Part shown: one piece after another, positions 20,056 through 29,782 of the stretch
Layout: each line of letters starts with the position of its first letter
How positions within the stretch are numbered: position 1 is the first letter of the stretch
Origin: Gammaproteobacteria bacterium
GTDB lineage: Bacteria > Pseudomonadota > Gammaproteobacteria > CAKMZV01
Length of the DNA: 64,000 nucleotides
NCBI GenBank assembly: GCA_965277775.1
Contig: OZ255843.1
Span: 1,112,131-1,176,130, forward strand
Reading direction: 5' to 3'
Translations under genes and position numbers: made by a program
Notes under the pieces: generated by a model
Told to the model about the DNA's origin: nothing
The model's database searches: none
The model's input: only the letters and a program-made list of their open reading frames with translations

Positions 20056-21609
20056 CTATTTCTGAAACATGCCCAGCATGCGCTGAGTCACGGCAAATCC
20101 ACCAAAAATATTGACCGCGGTAATGAGTATGGCAATGCCAGACAACCACAGCACGATACTCTGGGTCGAGTCAATTTGTACAATCGCACCCACAATGATG
20201 ATGCTGCTGATGGCATTGGTAACGCTCATGAGTGGTGTGTGCAGCGCTGGTGTGACATTCCAGACCACCATATACCCGATGAAGCACGACAACACAAAAA
20301 CCGTAAAATGTCCCAGAAATGAAGGCGGTGCAAACAAGCCCACTAATGCCAAAGCCAAAGCACCCACGACGATTGGCCAATATTTTGTTTTGGGCTTTTC
20401 GGGTTCGACGGGCATCACCGGTTCAACTTTCTTCGGTGCAGCTGCCGACAATTTTGGCGCTGGTGGCGGCCAAGTCACTTCGCCTTGATGGGTCGCAGTC
20501 AAACCTCGCACAACTTCATTGTCCATATCGATTTGCAAAATCCCATCTTTTTCCGGACACATTTCGGTCAATAAATGACGTAAGTTGGTTCCGTACATCT
20601 GACTGGCTTGGGTGGATAGTCGGCTGGGAAGATCGGTATAACCAATGATTTGAACGCCATCGACTTCGACAATTTCGCCCGCTTTTGTCAGCTTGCAATT
20701 GCCGCCTTGTTCTGCAGCGAGATCGACGATGACGCTGCCATTCTTCATAGCGCTGACCATTTCCTTGGTAATCAGCTCTGGTGCCGGTCTTCCAGGGATC
20801 AAAGCGGTGGTGATGATGATGTCAACTTCCTTGGCCTGCTCCAAAAACAAGGCCATTTCAGCTTGGATAAACTCATCACTCATGACCTTGGCATAACCGC
20901 CTTCACCGCTACCATCTTCGGCAAAATCCAATTCTAAAAATTCGGCGCCCATGCTCTCTACTTGTTCTTTAACTTCTAAGCGCGTATCAAAAGCGCGCAC
21001 CACCGCACCCATGCTGTTGGCAACGCCGATCGCGGCTAAACCCGCAACACCCACACCAATGACCATCACCTTAGCGGGCTGAACCTTGCCTGCTGCTGTG
21101 ATTTGTCCCGCAAAAAAGCGATTAAAATTGTGCGCCGCTTCAAGGACCGCCCTATAACCAGAAATGTTGGCCATTGAGCTTCGAGCGTCTAATTTTTGAG
21201 CGCGTGAAATTCTGGGCACATTGTCCATGGCCAAGGTGGTGACCTTTTTATCGGCTAAGGTTTTCAACAATTCTGGATTGAGTGATGGCCAAACGAAGGA
21301 GGCGAATATTTTATTTTCCGCTAATAAATCTGTCTCGTCGCACTTTAACGTTGGATGATGTCCTAACTCACCAATCTTGAGGATGATGTCATTCTCTTGC
21401 CATAAGGCTTTGGTGTCTTTATTGATTGAGGCACCTGCCGCTTCGTAATCAGCGTCGATGAAATTTGCGCTTTTGCCAGCGAGGGATTCAACCTGAACTT
21501 CAAAGCCTAATTTGATCAGTTGACCCGTCACTTCAGGCGTGACAGCGACCCTTTTTTCGCCAGCATTGATCTCTTTTGGAATACCAATTTTCATAATATC
21601 TTTTCCCAT
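20056..21609 (-). CDS. pntA: NAD(P) transhydrogenase subunit alpha (fused dI plus TM part)
   Basis: Alanine-dehydrogenase-like dI domain with [16 protein letters not shown]-terminal 4 TM helices, and position directly upstream of pntB. Confidence 0.9.
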   Translation of the reverse strand: MGKDIMKIGIPKEINAGEKRVAVTPEVTGQLIKLGFEVQVESLAGKSANFIDADYEAAGASINKDTKALWQENDIILKIGELGHHPTLKCDETDLLAENKIFASFVWPSLNPELLKTLADKKVTTLAMDNVPRISRAQKLDARSSMANISGYRAVLEAAHNFNRFFAGQITAAGKVQPAKVMVIGVGVAGLAAIGVANSMGAVVRAFDTRLEVKEQVESMGAEFLELDFAEDGSGEGGYAKVMSDEFIQAEMALFLEQAKEVDIIITTALIPGRPAPELITKEMVSAMKNGSVIVDLAAEQGGNCKLTKAGEIVEVDGVQIIGYTDLPSRLSTQASQMYGTNLRHLLTEMCPEKDGILQIDMDNEVVRGLTATHQGEVTWPPPAPKLSAAAPKKVEPVMPVEPEKPKTKYWPIVVGALALALVGLFAPPSFLGHFTVFVLSCFIGYMVVWNVTPALHTPLMSVTNAISSIIIVGAIVQIDSTQSIVLWLSGIAILITAVNIFGGFAVTQRMLGMFQK

Positions 21610-22368
21610 TTCTGTTTAAAATGAAGCAAACGTTGTCCTAAATTCCTCTGCGCGACAGTGGAAATCGTACTAGTGTGATTAGAACTTGTTCGCTTCAACC
21701 TTACGACTATTTGTGGCAAGGTTTTTTCCATTGATGAAATTTCTCCATATTTTACCAATAAGCCCGTTTTTATATCGGTGATATGCTTAGAATTTTTTCA
21801 TACATCTCATTGACCAGATCATTTTAATTCATACGGTTTTTAAAATTTAATTGGCAATAAGAAGGTGCGCTTAGAGTCAAGTTGGCTGACTTTAAAACAA
21901 ATATGCACAATGTAAAACCTAAAATACTGGGCTGAATGCTAATGACCCTATGACGTATTTGGATTCAATCCTTAGAGCACTTGGTTAGGACATTCGCCTC
22001 TTCATTTGAGCGGGTCTTAAACAATGAAACACGATTTTGGACGTATAACTGGTTAGCATTAATCGTGGCAGAAGTTCATACTGTCACACTTTCTTAGTTT
22101 AAGGTATAAACAAAATGAAAAAACCAGCTGGAGAGAAAAATGAAAGCGGTATTAGAACCCCTGTCAATTTAAGTAGCCCGCTTCATACCCAATGTTAGGG
22201 ATTTTGATCATTGAATAATTTCCTTCATCAAAATGAGTGAACTGCTCTAAAGCTCATAATTTTCAAACTTTTATGAGACTTGATTTTAGAATGTTATAAT
22301 TCTTGAGGTCATTTTTCGCAAAAAACTGATACACTAAGCTTAAATTTACTCAAACAAGGAGTTTATAT

Positions 22369-22944
22369 ATGATTAAAACAAAAGCCATTTTGGCATTAGT
22401 TCTATGCCTGGCGACCTCTTACAGCTATGCGAACAACAACAATCACACTGGGCCCTTTGTTAGCATCTCTCCCTATGTTTTCCCTTCACTTACACGTAAT
22501 ATTAGTGGTAATAACACGAGCAACTCTCAAAATGGGCGACTAGACTCAGTCCCTGTTACTTTCAAAGCAGGATATCAGTTTGAAAATATTCGTCTATTTG
22601 GATCACATATAGAAAACGTTTCTTCCGGTGTCGTCGCTGACGTCGATTTTTCGTTTATTGGTGTGGATTATATTTCTGATGGCGGATTTATCGTTGGACT
22701 TGGGGCAGGCGTTGGGGCTTATCGCGAAAAACCTTCTGCTATTTCAATCAGTAACTCAGGCAATACAGCAACGCATTTTAACATTGGATTTGCTGAGTTA
22801 AACAAAGGACTCCAGTGGAGCATTATGTACTCAGGCAGTAGTTTTGCTTTTACTCATCAGTTTGTTTCTGGTGGAGTCACCACTCCAATTAGTGCTACCA
22901 TAGGATTTAGTGGCATTACCTTTGAGATAGGTTACGGCTTTTAA
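22369..22944 (+). CDS. Small outer-membrane beta-barrel protein
   Basis: Signal peptide (ALVLCLATSYSYA), alternating hydrophobic beta pattern, and C-terminal EIGYGF with terminal Phe. Confidence 0.6.
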   Translation: MIKTKAILALVLCLATSYSYANNNNHTGPFVSISPYVFPSLTRNISGNNTSNSQNGRLDSVPVTFKAGYQFENIRLFGSHIENVSSGVVADVDFSFIGVDYISDGGFIVGLGAGVGAYREKPSAISISNSGNTATHFNIGFAELNKGLQWSIMYSGSSFAFTHQFVSGGVTTPISATIGFSGITFEIGYGF

Positions 22945-23007
22945 TACCTGATTCAGAATCTTGGAAGAACTTCAATCACAGGTTGTCTAAGCATTTGGAT
23001 CGTCTGT

Positions 23008-23703
23008 TTATGATCTTAAGTGTTGATGGGCGTTATAGGACTTCTCAATTTGCTTAAAGATGGCAAATATAACCACGCTCATAGCCAAATAAATCACCCC
23101 TGCCGCCACTAATATATCTATGGTGGCTAAATTTCGCGCAATGATGGTTCGTGCCATGCCCATTAAATCCAGTAAGGTTATGGTGCTCGCCAAGGCGGTT
23201 CCTTTGAGCAGTAAGATCACCTCATTACTGTAGGCTGGCAACATGATGCCAAAAGCGCGCGGAAACAATATATTTTTATACATGGCAAACTTAGAAAAGC
23301 CTAAGGCAACACAGGCTTCCACCTCGCCCTTTGGAATACTACCTAAGGCCCCTCGTAGAATTTCAGCAATATAAGCCGAAGTATTCAAACTGAAGGCAAT
23401 AATGGCGCACCAATACGCTTCTCTAAGAATGGGCCATAAAAAACTATCGCGCACCACTTCAAACTGAGAAGCACCGTAGTAAATCAAAAAAATTTGAACC
23501 AGCAAAGGCGTGCCGCGAAAGAAGAATATGTAGGCGTAGGGCAAGGCCATAATATACTTGTTTTTTGAACGCCGCAATAGCCCGATAGGAATGGCCAAAA
23601 CGATACCAATCAGCGAACTAACGACCAGCAATTCTAAGGTAGTTAAGGACGCTTCCAGCAACGCTGGAAAGTTATCGATCATGTTTTGAAATTTAAGTTC
23701 CAT
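23008..23703 (-). CDS. hisM: Basic amino acid ABC transporter permease
   Basis: 231 aa with the polar-amino-acid permease EAA-type loop (ALGFSKFAMYKNILFPRA). Its start overlaps the hisQ stop by 1 nt. Confidence 0.8.
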   Translation of the reverse strand: MELKFQNMIDNFPALLEASLTTLELLVVSSLIGIVLAIPIGLLRRSKNKYIMALPYAYIFFFRGTPLLVQIFLIYYGASQFEVVRDSFLWPILREAYWCAIIAFSLNTSAYIAEILRGALGSIPKGEVEACVALGFSKFAMYKNILFPRAFGIMLPAYSNEVILLLKGTALASTITLLDLMGMARTIIARNLATIDILVAAGVIYLAMSVVIFAIFKQIEKSYNAHQHLRS

Positions 23704-24395
23704 CAGCTGACCGCCATGCCTCTATTGGCTCTTTTTTCTAAATAGTGGAGCGCCACCATCGAAATGATTGTTAAACTTAAATAGATCAAGGCCGCAAACA
23801 TATAAAAGGTGAAGGGTTCTTTGGTAAATCCCACCGCCAATTTTGATTTTTGCATCAGTTCGTTCAAACCAATAACCGAAACCAGGGCCGTATCTTTTAA
23901 TAAAACCAAAAACAAATTGCCCAGTCCTGGAATCGCCAATCGCCAAATCTGCGGAATGATAATGCGCTGATAACACTGGAGTTTGGACATGCCCAAAGCC
24001 ATTGACACCTCCGTTTGACCTTTGGCGATGGCAAGCAATGCCCCTCGAAAAACTTCGCTGGCATAAGCCCCAAAAATCAAGCCTAATGCAAACATACCCG
24101 TGAACAACGGATTCAAATCAATGGGTTCATCAAAGCCCAATACGTCGTTGGCAATAATACCAATGACAATTTCTGCACTATAGTAAATCAGCAATATGGT
24201 CAATAATTCGGGTAGTCCCCTGAATATGCTGGTATATGCGGTGCTGATTGATTGAAGAATTTTTGAATGCGAGGATTTCGCCAATGCGCTCAATATCCCC
24301 ATCGTCAAGCCCCAGACCATAGCACCGGCAGCCACTTGTAAGGTCACAAGGGTGCCCAGCATTAACTGGTAGCCGAATCCGTGTAACTCAATCAC
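23703..24395 (-). CDS. hisQ: Basic amino acid ABC transporter permease
   Basis: Collinear by eye with E. coli HisQ (FRGLPELL, GAYASEVFRGA, ALGMSKLQCYQRIIIPQ). Confidence 0.8.
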   Translation of the reverse strand: MIELHGFGYQLMLGTLVTLQVAAGAMVWGLTMGILSALAKSSHSKILQSISTAYTSIFRGLPELLTILLIYYSAEIVIGIIANDVLGFDEPIDLNPLFTGMFALGLIFGAYASEVFRGALLAIAKGQTEVSMALGMSKLQCYQRIIIPQIWRLAIPGLGNLFLVLLKDTALVSVIGLNELMQKSKLAVGFTKEPFTFYMFAALIYLSLTIISMVALHYLEKRANRGMAVS

Positions 24396-24419
24396 TGTAT
24401 ACTGAAGATGGTTTTAAGT

Positions 24420-24450
24420 AAACGCCAGAAATATTTAATTTCTGGCGTTT
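24420..24450 (-). terminator. Intra-operon hairpin between the binding-protein gene and the permease genes (possible attenuator/partial terminator)
   Basis: Perfect 13-bp stem AAACGCCAGAAAT / ATTTCTGGCGTTT with a 5-nt loop. There is no clean T-run after it on the - strand. Confidence 0.4.
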
Positions 24451-24466
24451 GATTTAACGAGTGATC

Positions 24467-25216
24467 TCAATAAATTGAGAAGGGGAAGTATTTTGCATTG
24501 ATTTTTTCATAGGTGCCATTATTAACAATGGCCGTCAATGCAGCATTAATTTTCTCGCGCAGATCGTCGCCTTTACGAACGGCAATGCCGATTTTGTCGT
24601 CTTTTGCGAAAGCTTCGCCGACGAATTCAAAATCCTTACCGTCTTTGGACTTCAACCAATTATAAGTTGGCAATTCATCAGACAATGCGCCATCTAACCG
24701 ACCTGAAATCAGATCCAAATAGACATTGTCTTGGGTGTCGTACAACTTAACATTGACGAAATCACCGTAATGCTTTTCTAAATAAGCACTCGCGACCGTC
24801 GAACGCTGAGCACCAATGTTTTTGCCTTTCAATCCTGTTTTCGATAAGGTTAGATCTTTTTTCTTTTTACCCATAAAACGTAAACCACCGCTGTAGTACG
24901 AATTGGTAAAATCAACCTGTTTTAAACGTTCTTCTGTGATTGACATGCTGGCGACGATGGCATCAAATTTTTTCAGCTTTAATGCGGGAATCAATCCGTC
25001 CCAATCTTGAATGACGATCTCACAGTCCACTTTCATCTCAGCGCAAAGTGCTTTAGCAATATCCACATCAAAACCTCTGGCTTCGCCTGAAGCATCAACG
25101 AAATTAAAAGGCGCCCAAGCCCCTTCGGTTGCAAATTTAATGGTCTTAGCAAAAGTGATACTGCTGAATGCTGTTAGCATCAAAACAGCCAATGTTGCAA
25201 TAAATAATTTTTTCAT
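24467..25216 (-). CDS. Periplasmic lysine/arginine/ornithine/histidine-binding protein (HisJ/ArgT-like)
   Basis: Signal peptide and SBP family-3 pattern (GFDVDIAKALC, DAIVASMSITEER, GAQRSTV). Confidence 0.85.
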   Translation of the reverse strand: MKKLFIATLAVLMLTAFSSITFAKTIKFATEGAWAPFNFVDASGEARGFDVDIAKALCAEMKVDCEIVIQDWDGLIPALKLKKFDAIVASMSITEERLKQVDFTNSYYSGGLRFMGKKKKDLTLSKTGLKGKNIGAQRSTVASAYLEKHYGDFVNVKLYDTQDNVYLDLISGRLDGALSDELPTYNWLKSKDGKDFEFVGEAFAKDDKIGIAVRKGDDLREKINAALTAIVNNGTYEKINAKYFPFSIY

Positions 25217-25390
25217 AGTAATGTCCTTTTAATGATTGAAAATAAGCAAGATGATGCCCTCAATGTGCCTACACAAAGGAGCTATTCATCAATGTAACGA
25301 CATAGATTTTAATACAATTGGTCGGATTAAGTGATTAAAAAACGGTTGCCCATAATGAACTCTGCAACACTTTGAGCGCTTTTTGGCCGA

Positions 25391-26182
25391 TTAGGCTTCG
25401 TATTCGCGCGACAAAAATTGCTTAAGCCTTGGCGAATCAGCTTGATTGAAAATATACTCTGGTGCACCCTCTGCCTCAACCAATCCTTGGTGTAAAAAGA
25501 TCATCTTGCTCGAAACTTCTCGTGCAAAAGCCATTTCGTGAGTGACCACCAACATGGTGCGTTTTTCATCGGCCAACGACTTCATGGTCGATAATACCTC
25601 ATCCACCAATTCAGGGTCTAAGGATGAGGTCGGCTCATCAAACAATAAAATTTCAGGGTCCATAGCCAAAGCTCTGGCAATTGCAACACGTTGTTGCTGC
25701 CCACCTGACAACTGGCTTGGGTAATAATCTCGGCGTTCAAACAACCCCACTTTGTGCAATAAATCGTCACTTTTTTCTATGGCCATCTCTTTTGACTGTT
25801 TCAAAACCTTGGTGGGGGCTTCAATGAGATTCTCAATGACTGTCTTGTGTGGCCAAAGGTTAAAGCTTTGGAAAACAAAGCCGATTTTTTCGCGCATGGC
25901 TCTCAATTGTTTGATGGAAGTCGCTTGTAAATCGCCCTGCTTGTCAGCGGCCATCTGTAGTGTTTCACCAAAAACGCGGATTTCACCCTGACTGGGATTT
26001 TCCAATAAATTAATGCACCTCAACAGCGTGCTCTTGCCAGAGCCACTGGCGCCTATGATTGAAATCACATCGCCTTCATAGGCTTTTAATGAAACTCCTT
26101 TAATAATGGATAGATCGCCAAAACTTTTATGGATGTTGACCAGCTCTAAAGCAATGGGTTTATCAATGTCTGTTGTACTCAT
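25391..26182 (-). CDS. hisP: Basic amino acid ABC transporter ATP-binding protein. I prefer the start at MSTTDIDK rather than the longer track ORF
   Basis: Walker A GASGSGKST, signature LSGGQQQR and Walker B ILLFDEPT. The ATG at 26182 has AAGGAA upstream and avoids overlap with the upstream GNAT gene. Confidence 0.9.
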   Translation of the reverse strand: MSTTDIDKPIALELVNIHKSFGDLSIIKGVSLKAYEGDVISIIGASGSGKSTLLRCINLLENPSQGEIRVFGETLQMAADKQGDLQATSIKQLRAMREKIGFVFQSFNLWPHKTVIENLIEAPTKVLKQSKEMAIEKSDDLLHKVGLFERRDYYPSQLSGGQQQRVAIARALAMDPEILLFDEPTSSLDPELVDEVLSTMKSLADEKRTMLVVTHEMAFAREVSSKMIFLHQGLVEAEGAPEYIFNQADSPRLKQFLSREYEA

Positions 26183-26187
26183 AGTAT

Positions 26188-26676
26188 TTATTTCCTTGCA
26201 AATGATTTCAATGCGTCCCCTGTTAAGCGATAAACGGTCCATTCATCCTGTGGTTTGGCGCCTATGGATTCATAAAAATCAATGGCCAAACGATTCCAAT
26301 TTAGAACGCTCCACTCCAATCGACCACAATTATTTTGAACGGCAATGGTCGCTAAGGATTTTAACAGTTTGTTGCCCGCGCCGATTTTACGATGCTCAGG
26401 TTGCACGTATAAATCCTCAAGATAAATGCCGTTCTGACCCAACCACGTTGAATAATTATAAAAATAGACCGCAAAACCAATGGCTTGACCTGCCAATTCA
26501 CAAATCAAGGCCTCAACCCGAACAGGCGGGGTAAACAAAATTTGCTTGATCGACTCAACCGTATTCACAACCGCATTCGGTTCTTTTTCATATTCTGCCA
26601 ATGCTTGAACGAATTGCAAAATTAACGGCGCATCGTCAATGACAGCTGGACGAATAATGATTTTTTCAGGGTTCAT
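26188..26676 (-). CDS. GNAT acetyltransferase, spermidine/spermine (diamine) N-acetyltransferase-like
   Basis: IRPAVIDDAPLILQFVQALAEYEK, FYNYSTW, LEDLYVQPEHRKIGAGNKLL and RLEWSVLNWN resemble the SSAT-type GNAT pattern. The stop lies 5 nt before the hisP start. Confidence 0.7.
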   Translation of the reverse strand: MNPEKIIIRPAVIDDAPLILQFVQALAEYEKEPNAVVNTVESIKQILFTPPVRVEALICELAGQAIGFAVYFYNYSTWLGQNGIYLEDLYVQPEHRKIGAGNKLLKSLATIAVQNNCGRLEWSVLNWNRLAIDFYESIGAKPQDEWTVYRLTGDALKSFARK

Positions 26677-26947
26677 GAATTATCATTATAAAAGAAGCAT
26701 TTACAGAAAAACGTTTTTTCTCAATCAAAGCCTTATCTTAAACTTGCTTTGGTCGGGTGGTTGGCCATTCGATTTCCAAATAGATGCAGATGCAAAAATG
26801 ATAGAATGTACGTATGAAAATTAATCAAAATAATGATTATTTGCAATTTAGACAATATAGACACCTTCATAGATAAACCCATTAATATAATGACAATTGG
26901 TGATTTGTAACAAATTTATGGACATCATCAAGTGTGAGGGGAAAACC

Positions 26948-27331
26948 ATGATAGAAATCGTTGATAACGCACCAAAATATTATGAATTTATAAGATTGCT
27001 ACGCAATGACCCACGAGTAGTGAGTGCTTTCATAGATCCCATATACATCACTGAACAACAACAGCAACAATACATGCAGAAGAACGCCAACATTTATCTT
27101 GTGGCACTGTTCGACAAAAAACCCGCAGGATATGCTAGCTCAAATAACAATGACATTGCTATTTGTGTGCATCCAGATTATCAACAAAAAGGCATTGGAA
27201 AAGCACTCATAAAAGCGTTGATGATTCGGTTCCCAAATTCCTACGCTAAGATAAAAATTGGAAACGAAGCAAGCAAAGAATTGTTTGAAAGTTGTGGCTT
27301 TAAGTTGAAATACTGGATCATGGAGCAATGA
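26948..27331 (+). CDS. Small GNAT-family acetyltransferase. The start is taken at the ATG preceded by GAGGGG
   Basis: Acetyl-CoA motif HPDYQQKGIGKALI and C-terminal ELFESCGFK. AT-rich flanks. Confidence 0.6.
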   Translation: MIEIVDNAPKYYEFIRLLRNDPRVVSAFIDPIYITEQQQQQYMQKNANIYLVALFDKKPAGYASSNNNDIAICVHPDYQQKGIGKALIKALMIRFPNSYAKIKIGNEASKELFESCGFKLKYWIMEQ

Positions 27332-27539
27332 GATAATCTTTCTCTGGCTTGTGAGGACTCAGCTAACAGTCTTGGTGCGATAGGCCTTAGGTTGAAGGGG
27401 GACGTACGATAAAATCATACGGCTTGACACCAAATTTCTAAGCCAATCTTATTGGCGCTAATCATATATCATAAAGGTTTCCAATGAGACTTTACCATTC
27501 AGCTTTGATGACAAAAACTGATGACTTCATAGCAGACAA

Positions 27540-29042
27540 ATGCATTTAACGGATACTTTTTTAACCACCTTAGCCATTGATAGTGATCAAGCGACTAAAG
27601 ATTTCTTGAACAATGCTTTGACTCAATGCATATGGCAAAAACAATTTGCCGTGGCCATACCCAATGCATCAATGCACAAAAATTTAGCGAGGCTGCCCTT
27701 TGTTCAAACCTCAGCTGATTGCAATCTGTCTCAATCCACGCTCTGGGTGATCGATGACAATCACCTCATTCCTATTCGTTATTGGCGTGATAAAGCCACC
27801 CTTCTAAAGCATTTGAAGCAAAAAACCCACTTCGATGACCATACAGATTTTCCCATCAGTCCACGGGTCGATACCCAACAACAGCAAGCCATTGAACAGG
27901 CTCTCAGCCATGGATTTACTCTAATCAATGGCGAACCTGGCACGGGGAAAACGACCATAGCCACTGAAATTGTTTTCAGCTTAATCAAAAAAAATCCACA
28001 AGCGCAAATTGCCATCTGTGCCCCCACTGCCAAAGCGACGCGGCGGTTGGAGTCTATGCTGGCACAAATTTCTGGATTGAATGACAACAATATCCAAATC
28101 AACACGGTCCACGGACTGATGAAAATCAATCCCTCCGTTTACAGCAACAAAAAACCTTTTCTGCCTTTTGACTTACTCATCGTGGACGAAGTCTCGATGT
28201 TGTCATTAGAGTTGGCGGCTCAGCTGATGCGTGCCAGTCAATACGTCAAAAATATGGTTTGGTTGGGTGATGCCAATCAATTGCCCAGCATCGATGTCGG
28301 ACAAGTCATTGAAATCATCAATGAAGCAACCCCACACAATGTCTGTGTACTAAACGTTCAGTATCGATTTTCAAAACAAACGATCATCAATCAATTGGCG
28401 CGCAGTTGTTTGGAACGAAATATTGCGCACTTTAAATCGCTCTTGCACGAAGAGACTTGGATTGAGGACAGTCAACAGGCGTGGGAGGCGCTCACTCAGA
28501 AAGCATCTGACAACGTGCAAAAATGGGCAGAACTGGTTGATAAATCAGACTTTCAAGCGCTCATAAACTGCCACCGTGACTTTGTCATCCTAAACCCCCA
28601 ACGCGTTGGCTTGACTGGCTTAGAGGCCATCAATAAAAATTTTACTGAACGATTTAGCGCTTTTGGCGTTCGCCCAATCATCGTGCGTCAAAACACCGCA
28701 CATTGGTCTAATGGCGACATGGGATTTGCCGTACAACAAGCTGGCCGAACTCGTTACTATTTCAACAATGCCAATCATTGCGTTCAGTGTTACGACCATT
28801 GTCCCGTTTTAGTGGATGACGCATGGGTCCTCAGTGTTCACCAAGCACAGGGTTCTGAGTTTGAAGAAGTCTGGCTTTGGGCAACCTCTGACATGAATGA
28901 AAATTTACTAAACCACAAAATGCTTTATACGACCATCACACGGAGTAAAACCAAAGTCAAAATACTGGTACCCTCCGACACCTTAGATCTGTTTTTTAAA
29001 GTGACACCAAACACCGAGATTGCGCAGAGCAATGCCCCTTAA
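27540..29042 (+). CDS. recD: RecD-like SF1 helicase (short exodeoxyribonuclease V alpha-type), with no recB/recC nearby
   Basis: Walker A GEPGTGKTT, Walker B LLIVDEVSML, GDANQLPS, and C-terminal VHQAQGSEF motif. The N-terminal region resembles the RecD N-domain. Confidence 0.7.
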   Translation: MHLTDTFLTTLAIDSDQATKDFLNNALTQCIWQKQFAVAIPNASMHKNLARLPFVQTSADCNLSQSTLWVIDDNHLIPIRYWRDKATLLKHLKQKTHFDDHTDFPISPRVDTQQQQAIEQALSHGFTLINGEPGTGKTTIATEIVFSLIKKNPQAQIAICAPTAKATRRLESMLAQISGLNDNNIQINTVHGLMKINPSVYSNKKPFLPFDLLIVDEVSMLSLELAAQLMRASQYVKNMVWLGDANQLPSIDVGQVIEIINEATPHNVCVLNVQYRFSKQTIINQLARSCLERNIAHFKSLLHEETWIEDSQQAWEALTQKASDNVQKWAELVDKSDFQALINCHRDFVILNPQRVGLTGLEAINKNFTERFSAFGVRPIIVRQNTAHWSNGDMGFAVQQAGRTRYYFNNANHCVQCYDHCPVLVDDAWVLSVHQAQGSEFEEVWLWATSDMNENLLNHKMLYTTITRSKTKVKILVPSDTLDLFFKVTPNTEIAQSNAP

Positions 29043-29051
29043 TTGATTTTT

Positions 29052-29684
29052 ATGGATAAAGAATTTTGGTTGCAGCGATGGCAAAATAAACAGCTTGGAT
29101 TCCAATTGGATCATGCGCACCCGCTGCTGGTTGAACATTGGATGCCATTGATTGGCGCCACCAGCAAAATTTCAGTCCCGCTTTGTGGCAAAGCGCCTTG
29201 CCTTCATTTTCTCCGCCAGTTAGAAACGCAGGTTCATGGTTTTGAAATCAGCCAAGTGGCCACCCAAGCGTTTTTTGCTGAGGCCAAACTGGTGCCCAAA
29301 ATCCACCATAATGAACTGGGTTACACCGCAAGCTATGACAATTTCACCTTACATTGTGGGGACTACTTTGCCCAATCGGAACAAGGGTTTGATGCGTTTT
29401 ATGACCGCGCTGGGTTGATTGCTTTGCCGCCTGAAATGCGCCCCAAATATGTTCAAGCATTGGCCCGATCATTGACCGATAACGCCCACGGTTTACTCAT
29501 TACATTGGAGCATAATAGTGAAAAAAACCCACCCTTCTCGATCTCAGTGGCCGATGTTTGTGCCTTATACAAAGCTGAATTTGAGGTGGAGCACATCGAG
29601 AGCCACGCAGAAAAAAATGTGCCTGGTGGCATAGGCGAAGAACATTTGCTGCGCTTGAGAAAAAAGCCATGCAATCGGTCATAG
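29052..29684 (+). CDS. tpm: Thiopurine S-methyltransferase
   Basis: N-terminal FWLQRWQNKQLGFQLDHAHPLL is the TPMT family signature, followed by a SAM-MTase fold (VPLCGK). Starts 10 nt after the recD stop. Confidence 0.75.
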   Translation: MDKEFWLQRWQNKQLGFQLDHAHPLLVEHWMPLIGATSKISVPLCGKAPCLHFLRQLETQVHGFEISQVATQAFFAEAKLVPKIHHNELGYTASYDNFTLHCGDYFAQSEQGFDAFYDRAGLIALPPEMRPKYVQALARSLTDNAHGLLITLEHNSEKNPPFSISVADVCALYKAEFEVEHIESHAEKNVPGGIGEEHLLRLRKKPCNRS

Positions 29685-29782
29685 CTTTGCCTTTACAATG
29701 ACCCAATGGTGGTTGTAACGCTCATAACAACGACCACATTCAATGAGTCTTAACCACACAACAACTATTAAAAGGTATTAAA

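Noticed and set aside
21930-22020. tRNA-like fragments (T-arm-like GGATTCAATCC and D-arm-like TAGAGCACTTGGTTAGGACA) in the long pntA-OMP intergenic region
   Set aside because: I could not build an acceptor stem or an anticodon stem of more than 3 bp, and the elements are in the wrong order for a single tRNA. At most this is a decayed remnant.
25391-26242. The longer hisP ORF start, which would overlap the upstream GNAT gene by 55 nt
   Set aside because: The extra 20 residues (MDRLSLNRGRIEIICKEINT) precede the conserved ABC N-terminus. The internal ATG at 26182 has an AAGGAA RBS and removes the overlap.
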